Source: Actinomycetota bacterium (lineage in GTDB: Bacteria; Actinomycetota; Actinomycetes; S36-B12). Taken from it: 64,000 bases of DNA. How positions within the stretch are numbered: position 1 is the first letter of the stretch; each line of letters starts with the position of its first letter. The position numbers and the translations under genes are program-made. The notes under the pieces were generated by a model. That model searched no databases, had not been told where the DNA came from, and saw only the letters and a program-made list of their open reading frames with translations. The stretch spans positions 10,621 to 74,620 of the forward strand of contig JAQCEO010000001.1 of assembly GCA_027729805.1 (NCBI GenBank), written 5' to 3'. Positions 56,724-64,000 of this stretch are shown piece after piece.

Positions 56724-58419
56724 CCACGCTTTCCGCGCTTTGCGCTACCACCGCACCATTTTGCGAAACCACGACCCGGTAGTTGTAGATAGCCCCCGCG
56801 GGTACCGACTTCTTCACCTTGAACGAATAGGAGCCATTGGCCTTGGTGGTCTTTGTGGCAACTGTTTTCCACACCCCGTCCACTAGCATTTGCCGGTCAA
56901 CTTGGATCCCGGCCGTTGCTGGCGCTACCTGGCCCCGAAACTTGAGCGACGCACCTTCCTTGGGTGTCATCGTTGGACCAATATTCATCGATACGGTCAT
57001 GGTTGCCGGAGCGCTGGTTGCCGCAACCGCCACCGGTACGCCGGCATCACCATTAACCGAGAGCACGTAAGAAGACTTCAGTTTCAGCCTCTTAAGTAAC
57101 GCGGTACCGCTTATTTCATTTACTGTCCCGTCGGTGGCGGTCGCGCGTATCTTCTTAACGGCCCCTGAAACGTAGCGTTCTGTAATACTAAGCGCCCCGA
57201 CATCGGGAAGCCTAAACACCAAAGCCATGCGCGCCTGCGGCACATTTACCGTCCAGGACGAATTCACATTTTGCGGGATAAGCGACCAGTGGTCATCAAC
57301 ACTTACCGCAAACGGCAGCGCGCCACCCCAAGCATCCTTACTCGCTTGGGTCATGCCGCCGGTTGACGAGGTGTAAAAAGTGCTGACCGGAACACCGGCA
57401 TAGATAACCGCCATCCCGGTGGTCTCACTTGCGTGGGTGGCGTTTACCGCATCAACCCAAAGGTTGCCCAAGGCACTACTGGGTTTGGCCCAGCCGGTGA
57501 AGAACTGATCAGAGTATGGGCCATCACCATCATCAAGATGGCAGGCACAAGCTTTGCGCATCCCGCGTTTTACTTTAGCCAAGGCGTAGGAACGCGCCGC
57601 GATAACTTGCGCCTGCATAGCAGCCGCCGGCCAGGAATTCGAGACCTCGGAGATTCCGTATAGGTACTCCTCATGCACCCGGACACTATTGACGACATTA
57701 AGTCGCGGGCCGGCAGCAGTTGCTACCGGCACCATCTCAAAATATCCGTAGCGATACCGGTGGCCGGGGGTGTGAAAGCGGCCTTTTGGCCCGGTGAGGT
57801 TCAACAAAGTTGCCGGCCCAGCAGCGGTGCCCGGCGTTCTGGTGCCCGCCCAGCGCACCGTGGCACTTGGCGCACTACCTAGGTCGGTCACCACGCCATC
57901 GGCGGTGCGCTGCACGCTAACACTGCCCGCACCCGGGGTGAAGCTGAACACATCGGCCGGGCCGCCAACTACCACGCTGGCACCCACGGTGATTTCGATG
58001 GCGCCGCCGCCGGCTTCTAGTACTTCACTTCGCACCTGCGCACTGGGCACTTGAATCAAGACACCGACGCGAATATCCATGTCATCTGGGGTGGCGAGGA
58101 CTTCGGTGTTGGCGAAGTAATGCGAGACGATGCTGGCCGCGTCCCGCCCCTCCTTGGCCATCCCATAGGCCCCCCACTGGGACATCCCGACCCCATGGCC
58201 CCAGCCACTACCGACCAAGGCGAAGTTGGACGGAAGATCAGCTGCCCGCACCCCCGGGCTACTGGCCAAAGCGCCAGCGAGGACAACCGCGATAAGCCCG
58301 ACCAGCCGGCCGGCTGAGGAGGAAGCCACCATCCCACTATCCTCACATGCCACGTCAGTAACAGCGACCACCTCGGCCATGGAACGGCGCGCCGCGCTTT
58401 CGCGTCCAACCGATGCCAA
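56701..58419 (-). CDS. SpoIID/LytB-domain protein with C-terminal Ig-like repeats
   Basis: Signal/anchor segment. Motifs YLYGISEV, AQVIAARSYAL and FYTSSTGGMT. Confidence 0.7.
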   Translation of the reverse strand: MASVGRESAARRSMAEVVAVTDVACEDSGMVASSSAGRLVGLIAVVLAGALASSPGVRAADLPSNFALVGSGWGHGVGMSQWGAYGMAKEGRDAASIVSHYFANTEVLATPDDMDIRVGVLIQVPSAQVRSEVLEAGGGAIEITVGASVVVGGPADVFSFTPGAGSVSVQRTADGVVTDLGSAPSATVRWAGTRTPGTAAGPATLLNLTGPKGRFHTPGHRYRYGYFEMVPVATAAGPRLNVVNSVRVHEEYLYGISEVSNSWPAAAMQAQVIAARSYALAKVKRGMRKACACHLDDGDGPYSDQFFTGWAKPSSALGNLWVDAVNATHASETTGMAVIYAGVPVSTFYTSSTGGMTQASKDAWGGALPFAVSVDDHWSLIPQNVNSSWTVNVPQARMALVFRLPDVGALSITERYVSGAVKKIRATATDGTVNEISGTALLKRLKLKSSYVLSVNGDAGVPVAVAATSAPATMTVSMNIGPTMTPKEGASLKFRGQVAPATAGIQVDRQMLVDGVWKTVATKTTKANGSYSFKVKKSVPAGAIYNYRVVVSQNGAVVAQSAESVVTVLPKK

Positions 58420-58430
58420 ATTAGGGCGGT

Positions 58431-59894
58431 ATGCCCGCTTACGATGGGACTTCCCCGAGGAAGGCTGCCACCAAGATGCCCCAGGATGCTAAGACCGGCC
58501 GCTGGACCAAGGTTTTTACCATAGTGCTGGCCACTGCTATTTTGGCGGCCACTTTGGTCGGCGCCGGGGTCAATTTGCTGCTCGGGCGGCTCCAGGGCAA
58601 TATCACCGCGGTAGACGTCTCCGAACAGGTCGGGACCGCGGATCAGGCCCCCGAACCCATTGCCGTGCTCGATGACGCTACCGGCACGTATACCCCCTTA
58701 AATGTCGTGCTGATAGGCAGTGACACCCGGGTGGGCAAGGACAATCGCGGCTACGGCAAAGCAAGTGAACTTACCGGGCAACGCTCCGACACCACCATCT
58801 TGTTGCATGTCAGCGCCGATCGAAAGTCCGCGATAGCAGTGAGTATCCCGCGCGACACTTTGATCACCTTGCCGAAATGCAAGAAGGACGGCAAGGCGAC
58901 CGGCGGCTATCAGGGCCGCTTCAACGAAGCTATCCAACTCGGTGGGCCCGGCTGCACCATCAAAGCCATCGAGGAACTCACCGGCCTAGAATTGAGTAAT
59001 TTCATGCTCGTTGATTTTGGTGGCTTCAAGCGCATTGTTGATGCGGTGGGTGGAGTCGAGATCTGCGTCAGCGAAGCGGTAAATGATCCGCTGAGTAAGC
59101 TCGTGCTCGAAAAGGGCAAGCACATTGTGCAAGGTGAACAAGCCTTGGCCTTCGTCCGCGCCCGCAAGACCCTTGGCGATGGGTCAGATACCTCGCGAAT
59201 TCGCCGGCAACAGGCCTTCTTGTCCTCCCTAGTCCGCTCGGTCTTATCCAGCGGCACGCTACTTAACCCCGCCACCATGCTCAGCATCCTCGACGCGGCA
59301 ACCCAATCACTTACCGCCGACCCGCAATTAGCGGATATCCAGAATTTGCAGGACCTCGCCTTGAGCATGAAGGACTTAAAGCCGAACAACATAACTTTTG
59401 TCACCATGCCTTGGTACCCAAGCGGCGATGGAGCAACCGTTTTGCCCGGTAAGAAGAAGGGTGCGCCCATCTGGGATGCCATCGCCAATGACACCCCGTG
59501 GCCACCAAGTGGCGCCACCGGCGAAGCCATTCTCAAGGTGCGCCCAGAAATGATTCGCGTCAATATACTCAACGGCACAAGCACTAAGGGCATGGCAAAG
59601 AAAGTCGCAAAGCAATTAAGTGACCAAGGTTTCCGGATCGGTGAAGTTGGCAATGCCGACTCCAATGCCGTGGCAATCACCACGGTGCAATACGACCCGC
59701 GCTGGGACATATCCGCCAAGACCCTGATCGCGGCCGCTGAAGCAACGGGTAAGTCCATAAAGAAATCGGGTCAGACCATGACTTTGATAATCGGCAGCGA
59801 TTTCACCGCGATCATGCCAGTTGAGGTGTCAGATATTGCCGAGGACAAAACCGCCAATATCAATACCGCGGATGAATCCTTTTGTGCCGAATAA
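58431..59894 (+). CDS. LytR-CpsA-Psr (LCP) family cell-wall glycopolymer ligase with LytR_C domain
   Basis: TM anchor, then LIGSDTR, RSDTTILLHV, IPRDT and FVRAR motifs. Confidence 0.85.
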   Translation: MPAYDGTSPRKAATKMPQDAKTGRWTKVFTIVLATAILAATLVGAGVNLLLGRLQGNITAVDVSEQVGTADQAPEPIAVLDDATGTYTPLNVVLIGSDTRVGKDNRGYGKASELTGQRSDTTILLHVSADRKSAIAVSIPRDTLITLPKCKKDGKATGGYQGRFNEAIQLGGPGCTIKAIEELTGLELSNFMLVDFGGFKRIVDAVGGVEICVSEAVNDPLSKLVLEKGKHIVQGEQALAFVRARKTLGDGSDTSRIRRQQAFLSSLVRSVLSSGTLLNPATMLSILDAATQSLTADPQLADIQNLQDLALSMKDLKPNNITFVTMPWYPSGDGATVLPGKKKGAPIWDAIANDTPWPPSGATGEAILKVRPEMIRVNILNGTSTKGMAKKVAKQLSDQGFRIGEVGNADSNAVAITTVQYDPRWDISAKTLIAAAEATGKSIKKSGQTMTLIIGSDFTAIMPVEVSDIAEDKTANINTADESFCAE

Positions 59895-59922
59895 CAGGTG
59901 AGCATTCCCCTAGGGGCCGGTA

Positions 59923-60804
59923 CTAAATAATCGGCGGTCGCCCAGCTTTGGTCAGTGCCCACACCGTCCGCCACTTCATCGCCCGGCGCCCGGCCGGCTT
60001 AACCCGAAGGCCTTCGGCCAAACCACCAAACCACGCTTTCAGTGCGGCCCGGTCGTGCACCCGGGCCACCGTCAAGCCAACCCAGGTGCCGATATAGAGC
60101 GGTTCGAGCACCACCGGCAAATTGCGCCGCGCCAACCACACCCGATTGCGCGCAGTCATTCGGTAATAGACGTCATGGCGAGTTGGATCAATTACCGGGT
60201 GATTGGCAATCAGATCGGCGGCGTACCACGGCACGTAACCCGCATCCCAAACCCGCCAGACCAGGTCAATGCCTTCATGGGCGTAGAAGAACTCATCGGG
60301 CCAACCGCCGATTGCGTCGAATAGCGACCGCCGCATCACAACCGCGCCTTCCCAGAGCGCCGTGGCCGGGCTCGGCTCACCCGGGTCGCCAACCCGAAGC
60401 CTTGGTACCCAACGACGTGGGGCCGGTAAACCCTTCGGGTCCACAACGCGGGGCTGGATCAGCCCGAGTTTGGGATCAGCCGCGAAGCGATCGGCCACCG
60501 TTCGCAAGAACATTTGGTCCGGTAGCGATGCGTCATCGTCAAGGAAGAACAGGAGCTCACCCGTCACCAGGGGCACACCCGCATTTCGGCCGGCCGGGAT
60601 CCCTAAATTCTTGGGCAGGTGGCAAGGCTGCACGCCAGCGGGCAGCCCAACAGGGCGCCAGCCATTGCCGACAACTACTACATCGACGCTGACGGCACGC
60701 TGTGCAAGTACTGATTCAATTGCCCGCAGCAGATCCGCAGGCCGCTTACCCATCGTCAATATCACCACGGCGAACTTCGGTTCAGCGACCGAATTGACCA
60801 TCAC
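59923..60804 (-). CDS. Family-2 glycosyltransferase (WbbL-like rhamnosyltransferase type)
   Basis: VVILTMGKRP and FLDDD (DXD) motifs. Positioned as wbbL is in mycobacteria. Confidence 0.7.
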   Translation of the reverse strand: MMVNSVAEPKFAVVILTMGKRPADLLRAIESVLAQRAVSVDVVVVGNGWRPVGLPAGVQPCHLPKNLGIPAGRNAGVPLVTGELLFFLDDDASLPDQMFLRTVADRFAADPKLGLIQPRVVDPKGLPAPRRWVPRLRVGDPGEPSPATALWEGAVVMRRSLFDAIGGWPDEFFYAHEGIDLVWRVWDAGYVPWYAADLIANHPVIDPTRHDVYYRMTARNRVWLARRNLPVVLEPLYIGTWVGLTVARVHDRAALKAWFGGLAEGLRVKPAGRRAMKWRTVWALTKAGRPPII

Positions 60805-60808
60805 GACT

Positions 60809-61606
60809 TCACTTCAGTTTACTCGATGACAGGATCGAAAGTAGGTGTCCAATAACGGTCACCACGCCCAAGACGACCAGCGCGACAACAAGGACCCGGG
60901 TGGCCCCGAGCCCACCCACGAAGACATCAACTATGGCAGCGAGCAACACCAAGATGGTCAACTCCACCGAATGATAAGCACGCTGGAACGGAAAGAATCT
61001 GACCATGGATCGTAAACTACGTAGGCCACTTGATTGCGGTATGCCAACGGTTGCCTTATCTTCGAGTCTGGGCATGTTGTTATAGGCCCGCGATACGTGA
61101 ACCATGTCGTTTAGTGCTTTGTTATAAAGAATGAGCACCGCGAGCAGGGCTCCTAATAGTGGCCAGATACTGCCTTGCCAGCCCGGGTTCGGAAAACCAG
61201 CAGCACGCAGCCCAAGGGCGATCGGGATAAGGCCCTCGGTCGTGTAATGCCCAACTCGATCTAGGAAAACCCCTTTTGGCGAGGAGGTCTGGCGCCAGCG
61301 TGCGACCTCACCATCACAGCAATCCCAGAGCATCTGCAACTGCCCGAGGAGCACTGCCAGCACCGCACCCGGCAGTCCGGGGATCAACAGGGTAAGGGCC
61401 GCTGAAACTCCTGAGGCGATCATCAGCCAGGTCACCTGATTGGCACTTATTGCAGTGCGAAGTAGCACCCGCGTCAGATATGGCGAGATCGCACGTAAAT
61501 ACACATCGGCAACCCAGTGCTCGGAGTTGGCACGACCACGCACCGATGGTGGTTGTCCGACTGCACGGACCTGCGCCACCGTTGGGCGTGTTGGACGCTC
61601 AATCAC
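60809..61606 (-). CDS. CDP-alcohol phosphatidyltransferase family membrane protein
   Basis: Signature DCCDGEVAR (D-x2-DG-x2-AR) in a multi-pass membrane protein. Confidence 0.85.
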   Translation of the reverse strand: MIERPTRPTVAQVRAVGQPPSVRGRANSEHWVADVYLRAISPYLTRVLLRTAISANQVTWLMIASGVSAALTLLIPGLPGAVLAVLLGQLQMLWDCCDGEVARWRQTSSPKGVFLDRVGHYTTEGLIPIALGLRAAGFPNPGWQGSIWPLLGALLAVLILYNKALNDMVHVSRAYNNMPRLEDKATVGIPQSSGLRSLRSMVRFFPFQRAYHSVELTILVLLAAIVDVFVGGLGATRVLVVALVVLGVVTVIGHLLSILSSSKLK

Positions 61607-62403
61607 CTGATGTCATCCTTCTCGGTGCCTGCGGCGGTGTTAGCAAGGCGCAATTCGCGAAGAAGCGCCAAACCATCAGCCAGTGCGCCGTCAGCGACTA
61701 CCCCACCATTGTGTAAGACTATGGCGCGATTGAAAAGCCCTTCGAATTTTCGTGGCACATCGGTCGATACCAAAAAGGTGGTTCCGGCTGTCCTTAGCCG
61801 CTCCGCATGAGCCAAGCATCGCTTACGGAATTCAACATCACCAACAACTAGCATCTCGTCAGCGACCACCACCGGCGCATTTACCGCCATGGCAATAGCC
61901 CAAGCCAGCTTTTGGCGGGTCAAAGCCGAGGCACCGCGCAGATACTTGTCGATATTCGGTGCGAGCCTCGCGGTTTCGACGATTTCCGGCAGGGCGCTTT
62001 CGACTTTGTCGGGAGTCAACCCAAGTAGACCGCCCAGCAGATAGATATTTTGCCGCACCGTGAACCCGCGACCAAATGCGCGACCTAGATCGATCATGGG
62101 CAAGACTTGTGCCCGCCGACGCACCACACCTTCGTCCGGAATCAAGGTGCCGGCGGCCAGCCTTAAGAACTCGGTGCGACCGGAGTTCTTCAAGCCCAAG
62201 ACCGCCACCGACTCACCGGCCGCAATTTGCGTAGAAACCCCACGCAGTACCCATGAGCCCGTCCGACTTTGTTCACCAACGAATCTGCGCAACCGGTGAC
62301 GACGGCCACCACCTTGTCGGCGCCTGCCTTTTAAGATGTTGATTCCGACGTCGGTAAAAAGTAACATCGATTCTAGATCTGGGTCCAACCGTTGGCGGGC
62401 CAC
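61603..62403 (-). CDS. TagH/Wzt-like ABC transporter nucleotide-binding protein with degenerate catalytic motifs
   Basis: Walker A reads GLKNSGRT (Arg where the Lys is expected). Walker B VVVADE is intact. The signature region reads GASALT rather than SSGM/LSGGQ. The H-loop reads LVSTD (Thr for His). Confidence 0.7.
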   Translation of the reverse strand: MARQRLDPDLESMLLFTDVGINILKGRRRQGGGRRHRLRRFVGEQSRTGSWVLRGVSTQIAAGESVAVLGLKNSGRTEFLRLAAGTLIPDEGVVRRRAQVLPMIDLGRAFGRGFTVRQNIYLLGGLLGLTPDKVESALPEIVETARLAPNIDKYLRGASALTRQKLAWAIAMAVNAPVVVADEMLVVGDVEFRKRCLAHAERLRTAGTTFLVSTDVPRKFEGLFNRAIVLHNGGVVADGALADGLALLRELRLANTAAGTEKDDIR

Positions 62404-62404
62404 G

Positions 62405-63214
62405 TCAGCTCTCCTTCAAAATACGGCCTTCAAACCGGTGAAATACCACCAAACCCGAGATGAAAATGGCGACCGTCACTCCGAGGGAAATACCGTAATG
62501 CGGAAGTGAATCGATTTCGGTTGGCCAAAACCCAATTCGGTACAGGCCCAAAATACCCACCAGTGGATTGATTGCGGCGATGACTTGCGCACCGGCTGGG
62601 ATGTTCGCAATCGAATACAAAACAGGTGATAGATAGAACGTAGCGCGAAGCACGATGCGGACGATGCGGGCTAGGTCAGGGATGACGGCGGCGCCAGCGG
62701 CGATCAACATCGCAAGGCCGTACATCAGGAAGAATTGCACGATGATCGCCACGGGGAACAACACGATGAGCGGTCCGGGCAACGTGCGCGTTGCGAGCAT
62801 CGCGATCAAAACGACCGGTAGTGAAAGCAAATATTCCGCCATCGCGACCAATACCACCCGGATGACCCAGATTTTCGTTGGCAGCACACTCATCCGCAAC
62901 AGCGCCGGGTTGCGCCTGAAAGTTCTAGCCGCCCTGGATACCCCCCGAGAAAACCACCACCAGGGCAAGATGCCCACGGCGATGAACAAGAAGTAGGGCT
63001 GCAGGCCCAATTTTTGCCCGCCGAGAAGTTGGGTGAAGACAAACCAAAGCACCAAAGCCATGCCGAGCGGTTCGAGGAGGGTCCAAAGGTAGCCCAACCG
63101 GAATTTGGTGTACTGCTTTTGTAGATCCCGCAGGACCAACATGCGGAGCACCTGACGGTGCTCCCAGATAATGCGCACCCCGTTACGATAGGCCAGTGCC
63201 GCAGGAATCCACAT
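62405..63214 (-). CDS. ABC-2 type polysaccharide/teichoic-acid exporter permease (TagG/Wzm-like)
   Basis: Six TM segments, N-terminal LVLRDLQKQY..LGYLW motif, adjacent to the NBD gene. Confidence 0.8.
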   Translation of the reverse strand: MWIPAALAYRNGVRIIWEHRQVLRMLVLRDLQKQYTKFRLGYLWTLLEPLGMALVLWFVFTQLLGGQKLGLQPYFLFIAVGILPWWWFSRGVSRAARTFRRNPALLRMSVLPTKIWVIRVVLVAMAEYLLSLPVVLIAMLATRTLPGPLIVLFPVAIIVQFFLMYGLAMLIAAGAAVIPDLARIVRIVLRATFYLSPVLYSIANIPAGAQVIAAINPLVGILGLYRIGFWPTEIDSLPHYGISLGVTVAIFISGLVVFHRFEGRILKES

Positions 63215-63278
63215 TTACGCTCCCGATCAAGGGCGTTTCGCCGCCCTTGACCCGGTGCCCGCGGGCCGGAGGAGGCGC

Positions 63279-63971
63279 ATGACCGTGCATTCGGTGATCT
63301 TGGCCGCCGGTACGGGCACCAGGCTGGGTAAGCCGTGGCCGAAGCCGCTAACTCCGCTAATTGACGGTCGCACCATAATGCGTCAGCAAATTGACAACCT
63401 CACCAAGGTTTTCGGTGATGAGCTTCGAGTTACCACCGTAGTTGGCTTCAAACTCGAACTAATTCTTGAGGCATTCCCGGATGTTTCATACATCTACAAC
63501 GAGTCTTATGACCAAACCAACACCAACCGCAGCCTGCTCAAAGCACTGCGCCTAGCGCCACCGGGCGGTGTGCTCTGGATGAATGGCGATGTGGTTTTCG
63601 ACCCCGAGGTGCTAGTGCGCGCCAACAAGCTAATTGAAAGTGATCAATCATTTATCTGTGTAAACACCGCGGTCGTAGGTGAGGAGGAAATCAAATACAC
63701 TGTCGATGAAGCTGGGTATGTGGCGCTGCTCTCCAAACAGGTAACCGATGCCCTCGGCGAAGCCATCGGGATAAATTACGTTAGCGCAGGTGACCGGGCC
63801 AATTTGATACTCGGCTTGGCGGCTTGCGCTGATACCGACTACTTCGAGCGCGGGCTTGAAATAACGATTGAACAAGATGGCACCAAAGTGATCCCACTTG
63901 ATATCACGGATCTATTCGCCGTCGAAGTTGATTTCGAGGAGGATCTCTCGCGCGCCAATGCCCACCTGTGA
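63279..63971 (+). CDS. Nucleotidyltransferase (LicC/MobA-like NTP transferase fold)
   Basis: ILAAGTGTRLG nucleotide loop. The ATG at 63279 is preceded by a GGAGGAGG RBS. Confidence 0.75.
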   Translation: MTVHSVILAAGTGTRLGKPWPKPLTPLIDGRTIMRQQIDNLTKVFGDELRVTTVVGFKLELILEAFPDVSYIYNESYDQTNTNRSLLKALRLAPPGGVLWMNGDVVFDPEVLVRANKLIESDQSFICVNTAVVGEEEIKYTVDEAGYVALLSKQVTDALGEAIGINYVSAGDRANLILGLAACADTDYFERGLEITIEQDGTKVIPLDITDLFAVEVDFEEDLSRANAHL

Positions 63972-64000
63972 CTTGATTGATGAGCGCCCCAACCTGTCTA

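Overview
This window is an actinobacterial chromosome segment with moderately high GC. It is densely packed with conserved housekeeping genes. As far as I recall, the gene order resembles the mycobacterial uvrD2-nudC-adnBA...moeZ and secA1...lpqB-mtrB-mtrA-ahcY-manA-pmmA-whiB2-fbiA-fbiB-manC-wbbL-LCP regions. Most of it looks ordinary. The exception is an accessory patch at about 15.66-19.47 kb, between a CDGSH iron-sulfur gene and moeZ. This patch holds decayed toxin-antitoxin remnants and a 3,067-bp, visibly more GC-rich block at 16214-19280. The block carries a 5'-truncated TPR gene, otsA, and an otsB-GH15 fusion gene truncated at its 3' end. It is bracketed exactly at both truncation points by copies of a 36-nt repeat. 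On the left are two direct copies 30 nt apart, which is CRISPR-like 36/30/36 geometry. On the right is one direct copy plus an inverted copy, together forming a 96-nt palindrome with a 26-bp perfect stem. No cas, transposase or integrase gene is visible in the 64 kb. I cannot tell whether this is a new kind of repeat-bounded capture or mobile element, an orphan CRISPR-like array with a kilobase-sized insert, or an assembly chimera. It is the item most worth following up. Smaller observations are also reported: in-frame tandem repeats in the LpqB signal peptide and in an L,D-transpeptidase linker, a duplicated 14-mer containing a perfect DnaA-box sequence, an ABC ATPase with degenerate catalytic motifs, and a G10 tract in otsA.
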